From assembly GCA_025464625.1 (NCBI GenBank), contig JAOAUZ010000005.1:203-64202 (forward strand): a DNA stretch of 64,000 nucleotides. Reading direction: 5' to 3'. Positions 57,486 through 64,000 of the stretch are shown piece by piece. The notes beneath the pieces are model-generated. The model was not told where the DNA came from. It worked only from the letters and a program-made list of their open reading frames with translations, and searched no databases. Each line of letters begins with the position of its first letter. Position 1 is the first letter of the stretch. The position numbers were made by a program, and so were the translations under genes. Source of the DNA: Rickettsiales bacterium. Lineage in GTDB: Bacteria > Pseudomonadota > Alphaproteobacteria > Rickettsiales > SXRF01.

Positions 57486-57767
57486 TTATAATTTTCCTTT
57501 TTCAATAGCATTAAGCAATATTTTTTCTACACGGCTATTATAGCCCTTGCCGATAGCATGAAGTGCGGAAATGATCCGATCATCAAGGCGCAGAGTTATA
57601 CGTTTTTTTGGATGCTCTACTGGTGGTCTGCCACGACGAACCAATTTTTCGCCGTCATATATATTAGCTTTCTTGAACCAGTCTTTTGATAATTCTGGTG
57701 CATCATCAGGGTCAGTCCAACCCTTCTTTGCGGAGTTCTTTTTTGTAGTATCTTTGTTCTTTAACAT
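57486..57767 (-). CDS. brnA: BrnA-like antitoxin
   Basis: C-terminal RHH-like '[16 protein letters not shown]...[16 protein letters not shown]'. Downstream partner of the BrnT-like ORF. Confidence 0.7.
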   Translation of the reverse strand: MLKNKDTTKKNSAKKGWTDPDDAPELSKDWFKKANIYDGEKLVRRGRPPVEHPKKRITLRLDDRIISALHAIGKGYNSRVEKILLNAIEKGKL

Positions 57768-57999
57768 TGGCTTTCCTCATTGAAATAATGTGGCGGGCAT
57801 TGCCACGAAGTGTCCAAACAATAACAACCATCCTTTTATTTAATAAACCGACAGTGATATTACGAATTTCCCCATAATCCTTGCGGTCATCAATAAACGA
57901 AAATTGCAATCCCTTAAAAACTTCTGCTGCATCTTCAAAATCAATCTGACGATTTTCAAGAGTGGCAGAACGTTTTGCAGGATCATAAGTAATTTTCAT
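57712..57999 (-). CDS. brnT: BrnT family toxin (DUF497)
   Basis: 'MKITYDPAKRSATLENRQIDFEDAAEVF', '..VIVWT.RG...HIISMRKAN'. The 3' end overlaps brnA by 56 nt. Confidence 0.75.
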   Translation of the reverse strand: MKITYDPAKRSATLENRQIDFEDAAEVFKGLQFSFIDDRKDYGEIRNITVGLLNKRMVVIVWTLRGNARHIISMRKANVKEQRYYKKELRKEGLD

Positions 58000-58006
58000 C
58001 TCAATA

Positions 58007-58753
58007 CTATTTGATATTTATTGTCGTGTCAATAATTAGTTTGTTACTGGCGGTTTCTATATCATTTTGCAGGCGTTCCATAAATTCTTTTTTGGGTAGA
58101 CCAGAGGGAATAGGGGGCAGGAATTCAATAACTATTGTGCCAGCTTTTTTGAAAAAGGCATTCTTGCCCCAATATATTCCAGAATTAAGAGCCACAGGAA
58201 CAACGGGAACGCCAAGAGATGAATACATGGCGGTTATACCTGATTGATAATCAGGTGGGGCATTTGGTTTGGTGCGCGTTCCTTCGGGGAAAATTACAAT
58301 AGGGCGATTTTTGCCTAGTGCCGCTTTCCCATCACGAATTATTTGTTTTATGCTGCTTGCGCCTGCGCTCCTGTCTATCGCAATCATTTCCATACGCCAT
58401 AAATACCAACCCCAGAAGGGCAGGCGCAGAAGCTCTTTCTTCAGTACATAAGCCATATTGGGCAGTAAGGTAAGGAAAATAAGGGTGTCCCACGCGGATT
58501 GATGTTTGGAGGCATAAATTACAGGAGTGTTTTGGATATTTTCTCTGCCACGCACTTCATATTTAATTCCACAAAATATGCGGGCAAAGAATAATGACAC
58601 AATTGCCCAAGGCTTTCCTACTTTACGCGTGGCATCTGCAGAAATAACAAAAAACGGAATAAATAAAATTGCGGAAATAAACGCCCACGCAAAAAAAGCA
58701 ATGTTAAAGGCAACAGAGCGAATGAGGAGGAGGGGGGTAATTTTTTTGGTCAT
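58007..58753 (-). CDS. plsC: 1-acyl-sn-glycerol-3-phosphate acyltransferase
   Basis: 'ASKHQSAWD' (HX4D), 'IFPEGTRT'; 248 aa. Confidence 0.88.
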   Translation of the reverse strand: MTKKITPLLLIRSVAFNIAFFAWAFISAILFIPFFVISADATRKVGKPWAIVSLFFARIFCGIKYEVRGRENIQNTPVIYASKHQSAWDTLIFLTLLPNMAYVLKKELLRLPFWGWYLWRMEMIAIDRSAGASSIKQIIRDGKAALGKNRPIVIFPEGTRTKPNAPPDYQSGITAMYSSLGVPVVPVALNSGIYWGKNAFFKKAGTIVIEFLPPIPSGLPKKEFMERLQNDIETASNKLIIDTTINIK

Positions 58754-59328
58754 TTTTTTTGTGTAGCAGAAACAAACAGATGGCGCAATTTGCTTGCGAT
58801 ATATTTGTGATATTCTGAAAGCAACAGCTCATTATCATTGGCGATTACAGGGGCAGTGGTAATGGAAATTTCTGGGATAACGGTTGATAATTCCAGAAGG
58901 CTGCGTGGTATATGATAGTTTGATGTTACAAGAATAATTTTCTGATAACGTGATGTTTGCAGCCACTGCTTTATTTCCTCCGCATTTCCGATTGTATTTT
59001 CCGCCTGATGACCGAGTATTACATTAGAGCCATTTATTTTTTTGCGGGTATCGTTGGGGACTTGGTGGAGAATATCTTCAATTGTAACTTTTTCGCCAAC
59101 ACCGCTGATAAATAAAACTTTGCCCTTATGTTCTGCAAGTAATTGCAAGCCATATTCCAACCTGCCACTAGCTCCAGTCAGAACTATTATCGCGTCATCA
59201 GAAGTTTCAGGAAGATTGGCTTTTGTTTGTGGAACTTGCTGTACAAACCAATACAATCCCCAAAACCAGATACAGAAAACGAGTAAGAAGCTAAAAGATA
59301 TTTTTTTGCGTAGACCGAGAGGAGTCAT
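58750..59328 (-). CDS. YdcF/ElyC family protein (DUF218)
   Basis: 'DAIIVLTGASGRLEYGLQLL', 'ILVTSNYHIPRS'. Confidence 0.82.
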   Translation of the reverse strand: MTPLGLRKKISFSFLLVFCIWFWGLYWFVQQVPQTKANLPETSDDAIIVLTGASGRLEYGLQLLAEHKGKVLFISGVGEKVTIEDILHQVPNDTRKKINGSNVILGHQAENTIGNAEEIKQWLQTSRYQKIILVTSNYHIPRSLLELSTVIPEISITTAPVIANDNELLLSEYHKYIASKLRHLFVSATQKK

Positions 59329-60200
59329 AACATCTGTTTAAGTTGTTTCATCACAGAAACTCGTGCCGTACTCCATGCGACCATACCACAAGCAAAGGCA
59401 ACGCAAAGTAGAAGTATAAAATGAGTTTGGCTCATGGCGAGGGAAGGGATGGAGGAGTTACCAAGCGATTGCATATACTGCCCCATGCCCCAAAATCCAA
59501 TTGCAGCTATGATACAGCCAGCACCCGCCCCGCGCATGGTGAGTGAGCAGGCCTCCTGCTGGAATTGGCGGGCGATATAGTTATCTTCCGCGCCAACTGA
59601 ATGTAACAAATGCACAGCTTTACTATGCAGATGCAAAGAGGCGCGGGAGGTAAAGGCAATCATAAGCCCTATAGAAACTACAATAAGAACCGCAAACATT
59701 GTTATTACCGTACGGATTGCTGTGGAAAAACTTATAAATGCCGTAACCCACGCCTCATGAGTATCTACTTCAGTGCCAGCAATGATTTGTGCCAATGCTT
59801 CTTGTAACTTGGGAATATCAACGGTAGTTCCGTTTTTTAGGGTAACGTCCAGAACTATCGGTAGTGGCAACTCGGCTTTCGCCATAGTTTCACCGAGCCA
59901 CGGAACGAGCATTTTCTGTAGCTTTTGTGGCTCAACCCTTGCTACCATCGCCACGCCTTGCGATTGCTCCAAAGCATTGATAATTTTATTTACCGCTTCT
60001 TCAGGTGGTGCATGTTCGCTGTCAAGAACAGGAATATTGACGGTTATATTATTGGCGTAATCAACATGGCGGTCAATAACCCAGCCATTTATTGTCACTA
60101 CAAAGCATAAAAGCAATGCTGCAAGCGTCACCATCATGCCAATCAGCCAAGGCAGAAAGCGGTGTGAATCATCGGAGGAAAAAGCAATATCTGTCTTCAT
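59325..60200 (-). CDS. ftsX: FtsX-like permease (cell division ABC transporter permease)
   Basis: Topology of 1 TM, periplasmic domain, then 3 TM. Also 'LHSVGAEDNYIARQF', and the ftsX-DUF218-plsC order seen in alphaproteobacteria. No ftsE lies upstream. Confidence 0.7.
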   Translation of the reverse strand: MKTDIAFSSDDSHRFLPWLIGMMVTLAALLLCFVVTINGWVIDRHVDYANNITVNIPVLDSEHAPPEEAVNKIINALEQSQGVAMVARVEPQKLQKMLVPWLGETMAKAELPLPIVLDVTLKNGTTVDIPKLQEALAQIIAGTEVDTHEAWVTAFISFSTAIRTVITMFAVLIVVSIGLMIAFTSRASLHLHSKAVHLLHSVGAEDNYIARQFQQEACSLTMRGAGAGCIIAAIGFWGMGQYMQSLGNSSIPSLAMSQTHFILLLCVAFACGMVAWSTARVSVMKQLKQML

Positions 60201-60218
60201 TACTCTTCGTCTTTCAAT

Positions 60219-60304
60219 AATTGGCGTTGTTATCCTTCAGACTCGCAGTACTCATTTACTAAGCTGTAAACTCCGTGCTGCTCGCCTCGGATGCCTAGCC
60301 AATT
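60219..60304. repeat. imperfect palindromic element H1 (aattggc...gccaatt)
   Basis: 7-bp termini plus imperfect internal symmetry. Shares 'cgcctcggatg' and 'attggcg..gtt..tcag..tcg..tactca' with 63441-63556. Confidence 0.5.
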
Positions 60305-60343
60305 AATGAAATACTTTGAGTATACTCTGTGTTTCTAAAGCCA

Positions 60344-60943
60344 TCAAGCAGTGGTATCAAGTTTTTTCGTGTCTGCGCCAGAAGTTTTAGAAACGGCAAC
60401 CATAGCAGGGCGGAGTAGGCGATCAGCAATCATATATCCAGACTGTATCACCTGCACAACTGTTCCAGCTTCAACATCATTTTTTTCCACCTGCACAACG
60501 GCTTGATGAAAATTATGGTCAAATTTCTGTCCCATAGGGTTAATTCTCACGATCCCGTATTTCTGGAAAATTCCGAGTAGTTCCTGCAAGGTTAGATTAA
60601 TTCCTTCACCGAAGGTTTTCAGAACAGGGTTTTTTGCTGCCTCATCTGCTGGGAGGGTTTCTATTGCACGTTGCAAATTCTCCAGAACGCTGACCATATC
60701 ACCAGCAAACCCAGTAATTGCATATTTGCTATTTTCTTCTAAATCACGCTGTGAGCGTTTGCGGACATTATCGGTTTCGGCAACAGCGCGTGTCCATCCG
60801 TCACGCAGCTTGGCGCATTCCTCCTCAAGTTGTGCAATGCGCGCGTCCTTTATATCAACAACATTTTCTGCTGATTCCGCCTGATTATTATCACTATCTG
60901 GCTGTATTGTTTCGTTTTTTGTGGAATCCTGAGAAGTAGTCAT
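60344..60943 (-). CDS. grpE: nucleotide exchange factor GrpE
   Basis: 'R..AE.DN.RKR..R', 'FDHNFHQAV', 'GY...DRLLRPAMV'. Confidence 0.94.
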   Translation of the reverse strand: MTTSQDSTKNETIQPDSDNNQAESAENVVDIKDARIAQLEEECAKLRDGWTRAVAETDNVRKRSQRDLEENSKYAITGFAGDMVSVLENLQRAIETLPADEAAKNPVLKTFGEGINLTLQELLGIFQKYGIVRINPMGQKFDHNFHQAVVQVEKNDVEAGTVVQVIQSGYMIADRLLRPAMVAVSKTSGADTKKLDTTA

Positions 60944-60988
60944 TGCGTATCCTTTAGAGTATAAATGTTAGAATATATGCTGAGGTTA

Positions 60989-61018
60989 GTATGTGGGAAG
61001 GCAATCATGTTTTTCAAG
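60989..61018 (-). promoter_or_regulatory. sigma32 (RpoH)-type heat-shock promoter candidate for grpE
   Basis: The minus strand reads CTTGAA-15 nt-CCCACAT, about 48 nt upstream of the grpE ATG. Confidence 0.5.
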
Positions 61019-61145
61019 TGGTAAATATAAGTTTGATTTAGCTACTTATTCATATTTTTGTTGCAAAAAAAAAACTAACCTATAATCAACTAACGTAACA
61101 TAACGTAAACATATAATATAAAAAATTAATTAGGGAGTAGATATA

Positions 61146-61706
61146 GTGAATAAATCAGATTTAGGAATTAAAAGAATTTGCACTGGTTGCAGCGCTAAGT
61201 TTTATGATTTAGGCAAAAATCCTGCGGCTTGCCCGAAATGTAAGACGGCGAATGATATTAACGCGCAGTTTAAGGTGCGCCGTAAGAGCAAAGCCGTAAT
61301 CGAAGTGGATAACGATGATCCGCTCATTAAAAACAAAGCCAAGCAGGAAGCCAAACAAAAGCCAAAGAAAGCTCCAAAAAGGGTGGAGGGGGTTGATCTT
61401 GATGATTTTGAGGATGTCGTCGTGGTTGAAGGCGAGGATGAAATCGAGGAGATTGAAGAAATCGAAGATATTGATGATATTGAAGATCTCGAAGAGTTGG
61501 AAGATGTTGAGCCAGAAGAAGAAATGGATGATGATATTGCTATTGACGATGACTCATTGATTGATGATGTGGAAGATGGTGAGGTTGAAGAAGCTGAGGA
61601 AGAAGAAGAGGAAGCCCCAGTCAAACCAGCAAAAAAATCAAAGCCAGCTGCTAAACCAGCAAAACCAACTAAATCAGCTAAACCAGCCAAGGGTAAGAAG
61701 AAGTAG
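61146..61706 (+). CDS. TIGR02300 'FYDLN_acid' family protein (CxxC..CxxC zinc ribbon plus highly acidic region)
   Basis: GTG start; 'KRICTGCSAKFYDLGKNPAACPKC', then a long D/E-rich tract and a KPAK-repeat tail. Confidence 0.85.
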   Translation: MNKSDLGIKRICTGCSAKFYDLGKNPAACPKCKTANDINAQFKVRRKSKAVIEVDNDDPLIKNKAKQEAKQKPKKAPKRVEGVDLDDFEDVVVVEGEDEIEEIEEIEDIDDIEDLEELEDVEPEEEMDDDIAIDDDSLIDDVEDGEVEEAEEEEEEAPVKPAKKSKPAAKPAKPTKSAKPAKGKKK

Positions 61707-61731
61707 ATTTAACAGACAAAAGGAGATTCTT

Positions 61732-61857
61732 ATGAAAAATTTTGCTATATTTTCGGCTCTTATTGCGCTTTCGTTCCTCGCTGCTTGTAACACAATAGAG
61801 GGCTTGGGGCAGGATATTAAAAAAGGTGGCGCAGCTATAGAAAATATGGGGCGGTAG
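61732..61857 (+). CDS. entericidin A/B family lipoprotein
   Basis: ATG 61732 follows aaggag. 'MKNFAIFSALIALSFLAAC|NTIEGLGQDIKKGGAAIE'; 41 aa. Confidence 0.8.
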   Translation: MKNFAIFSALIALSFLAACNTIEGLGQDIKKGGAAIENMGR

Positions 61858-61862
61858 GTTGC

Positions 61863-62114
61863 TTACGCTATTGTTGAACTCATAGGCATTATTCCTATAT
61901 ATCTTTGTCGGTAGCTATTACTCGCTTTTGTCCAGCCACGCTCGTGGAAATTGTAACAGAATGTCTGCACTAGTGGCTCTACGATACCTATGGACAGAGC
62001 GATTCCCCAATCACCACTAAGCAAATAGGCAACAGTAATAGCCACTGTAAAGTGCATCAGGCAATAGGTGATGGTTTTCATCATGGTTTGATGCTCGAAT
62101 ATCAATCTGCTCAT
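61863..62114 (-). CDS. DUF2061 domain membrane protein
   Basis: 'KTITYCLMHFTVAITVAYLLSGDW.IALSIGIVEPLVQTFCYNFHERGW'. Confidence 0.75.
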   Translation of the reverse strand: MSRLIFEHQTMMKTITYCLMHFTVAITVAYLLSGDWGIALSIGIVEPLVQTFCYNFHERGWTKASNSYRQRYIGIMPMSSTIA

Positions 62115-62127
62115 AAGTATCTCCTTA

Positions 62128-62244
62128 ATCTTGTTATGGAGGGCTGCGAACTGCGGATTCTAAAACTTCCGCTGCTCACATACCAAAATGTACGCTCCGC
62201 TGCGGCTTTTTATAATCCTTGTTCTCGCTCCACCCTAACAAGAT
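62128..62244. repeat. 117-bp imperfect palindrome (atcttgtta...taacaagat)
   Basis: 9-bp perfect termini. The inner arms gggctgcgaac/gttctcgctcc and ggattctaaaa/ttttataatcc are roughly symmetric about 'ataccaaaatgta'. Confidence 0.55.
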
Positions 62245-62361
62245 TCAATTTATACTGTTATGTTGCTGCATTATACTGCAATTAAGAATCATTCGCAAGT
62301 AAATATTGATTGTAAGAGGCATTGAGGGTAGGTGGGATGTTGTTATGGTGTTTGTAAGTAT

Positions 62362-62449
62362 GTTCATTGCGAGTGGCATAGGCGACAAAGAAATCCATTT
62401 TCAGTGTGTTCTTCTAAGTCTGGATTGCTTCGCTGCCACTCGCAATGAC
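62362..62449. repeat. GTCAT double-hairpin palindromic element, copy G (attgc/gcaat stems)
   Basis: gttcattgcgagtggc...cca ... tggattgcttcgctgccactcgcaatgac. The right arm forms the 3' end of the truncated toxin ORF. Confidence 0.75.
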
Positions 62450-62626
62450 GATAAGCGATAGTTTATAACAGGGTGGAGAGGTCGGGAAGAGGGCTTTGCC
62501 GAAACGGCGTGGGTCGTTACTAGTTCCGATGCGTTCACGCATATAGCGTAAAATATCAGATTGGGCTTTTCGGTCTAGCTTTGAAAGCTGCTTCTTGGCA
62601 AATTCATCGTAGATTACTTGCCACAT
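62414..62626 (-). pseudogene. RelE/ParE family toxin, C-terminally truncated and fused to repeat-derived codons
   Basis: 'MWQVIYDEFAKKQLSKLDRKAQSDILRYMRERIGTSNDPRRFGKAL' is a typical RelE/ParE N-terminal half. The remaining 24 aa ('..VIASGSEAIQT') are encoded by repeat G, and no C-terminal half lies downstream. Confidence 0.7.
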
Positions 62627-62629
62627 AGC

Positions 62630-62851
62630 TTAGTGTTTTGTCGAAAAATCAAAGCCAAACTCACGCTCAATTTCATCTTGGGTGCAGGTAGGGTTGTTTT
62701 GCGATATTATCTGTTTGGCTTTGGCGATATCTGCCACATCCTCAAGATAATTCTTCACTGCCTCAAGCACATAAAAATCCTCGCTTCTTCCGTTTTGCGC
62801 GGCAAGAGCTTTAAGTTGGGCTTCAATATGTGGGTCTAGGTTTATCTGCAT
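62630..62851 (-). CDS. ribbon-helix-helix antitoxin (CopG/ParD/RelB-like)
   Basis: Start moved to ATG 62851: 'MQINLDPHIEAQLKALAAQNGRSEDFYVLEAVKNYL'. The stop is 4 nt before the toxin start. Confidence 0.7.
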   Translation of the reverse strand: MQINLDPHIEAQLKALAAQNGRSEDFYVLEAVKNYLEDVADIAKAKQIISQNNPTCTQDEIEREFGFDFSTKH

Positions 62852-62907
62852 AGGAGAGCAATTATATATTAAATGTATCTGTATTGGAAACAAAAAAAGG
62901 CTGGTTT

Positions 62908-63216
62908 CTATGCTGTTTCAAGTATATCCCAAGAATCTGCATAACCAACAAGAAGAGAGACTTCATTTTTTTGTGGTTGCTCACAAGGGGTAGCGGAGTA
63001 TTTATTCATTAAAATTTTGACCAAAGGCGATTTTACAGCTTCTGCTGAAAAATAAAATACATGATTGTCGCTTTCAAACCTTCTATTACCAAACATAGCA
63101 AACTCTTTAGTTGGCTTGGATAACATGAATATATCTTCAAATTCATCCTGCAATTTGCTGGGTTTTCCCAAAGTTAAATCAGCATTGCTCATTTTAATTC
63201 TATTCCAAGATTCCAT
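62908..63216 (-). CDS. hypothetical protein
   Basis: 102-aa ORF between the 5S rRNA and the TA pair; no motif recognised. Confidence 0.4.
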   Translation of the reverse strand: MESWNRIKMSNADLTLGKPSKLQDEFEDIFMLSKPTKEFAMFGNRRFESDNHVFYFSAEAVKSPLVKILMNKYSATPCEQPQKNEVSLLVGYADSWDILETA

Positions 63217-63312
63217 ATATTCTCCTACAAATGTTACAACTCATGGAAAACCATATAGGGCTAATAAAAATATATTCAATAGGGAGAAAACAAAAAAAAG
63301 CGGGCTTATAAG

Positions 63313-63429
63313 ACTTGGCAACGACATACTCTCCCATGCCTTGAGACATAGTACCATCTGCGCTAAGAAGTTTCACGGTCGTGTTCGGAATGGGAACGGG
63401 TGGTACCTTTCTTGCAATAATCACCAAGT
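63313..63429 (-). rRNA. rrf: 5S ribosomal RNA
   Basis: The reverse complement contains 'CCACCCGTTCCCATTCCGAACACG..GTGAAAC' with helix I cttgg/ccaag. It is flanked by the processing stem gggcttata/tataagccc. Confidence 0.9.
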
Positions 63430-63457
63430 CATATAAGCCCGCCTCGGATGTTTATCT

Positions 63458-63556
63458 GATTGGCGACGTTGCTTGTCAGCATCGTACTCACTCCTGTCAT
63501 GTAGCTTAAGCTACACTCAGTCGCTGCGTGCGCTGCTTTCGCGCATTCGCCTAATC
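63458..63556. repeat. imperfect palindromic element H2 inside the 23S-5S spacer
   Basis: gattggcg...cgcctaatc termini, a central perfect 14-bp palindrome gtagcttaagctac (63501-63514), and a left arm related to H1. Confidence 0.5.
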
Positions 63557-63714
63557 ATATAAACCCCGCTGGATATTATCCAAGCGACTTTATATGTGTT
63601 TAGGTTTTTCTGACACCTTTAATGAGGGTATTAATTTTATTAAGTGTATTATTTAAGACTGTTTGACAGTGCTTTTTAGCACTGTACGCCATAAATCAGA
63701 CATCAGTGATAAAT

Positions 63715-64000
<286 letters not shown>

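Noticed and set aside
61202-61690. 162-aa Ser-rich ORF antisense to the FYDLN_acid gene.
   Set aside because: It mirrors the GAA/GAT-rich acidic tract (its complement gives TTC/ATC-derived Ser/Ile/Phe runs), which is a compositional artefact.
63065-63436. ORFs 63065..63436 (+) and 63200..63427 (-) overlapping the 5S rRNA.
   Set aside because: They run through a well-supported 5S rRNA gene, so they are spurious translations of structural RNA.

Overview
This 64 kb window looks like chromosomal DNA from a moderately AT-rich alphaproteobacterium. The evidence is gene content and local order: yebC-ruvC-ruvA, clpS-clpA, sdhCDA with sdhB elsewhere, pheST-rplT-rpmI, olsB-olsA, flgFGAH, a DivL-type kinase, rph-rdgB, and ftsX-DUF218-plsC. 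All calls rest on motif recognition in the supplied ORF translations and on reading the DNA by eye; no database search was possible. I support about 75 CDS, one tRNA-Gln(CUG), a 5S rRNA and the 3' end of a 23S rRNA (minus strand, running off the window), two toxin-antitoxin pairs (one decayed), a few terminators and promoters, and many palindromic intergenic repeats. Most genes are housekeeping. The unusual material falls into seven groups. (1) A DUF559/Vsr-like endonuclease module is bounded by 39-bp hairpin-bearing inverted repeats and sits exactly in frame (435 bp, 145 codons) inside an L,D-transpeptidase gene; an ORF-less doublet of the same repeats lies at 50269-50354. (2) At least seven copies of a double-hairpin 'GTCAT...ATGAC' element show compensatory stem changes. 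They hug stop codons and operon break points, and in two places they contribute coding sequence. (3) A PAS histidine-kinase homologue has Tyr in place of the phospho-acceptor His, as in DivL. (4) The tRNA-Gln is followed by an 18-bp perfect hairpin and a split duplicate of its own 3' half. (5) Three paralogous type IV pilin-like genes have no assembly genes nearby. (6) Candidate operators lie upstream of sdhCDA and of a phasin gene. (7) The 23S-5S spacer is unusually long and carries repeats. No CRISPR array, transposase, integrase or recognisable multi-gene defence system was seen.
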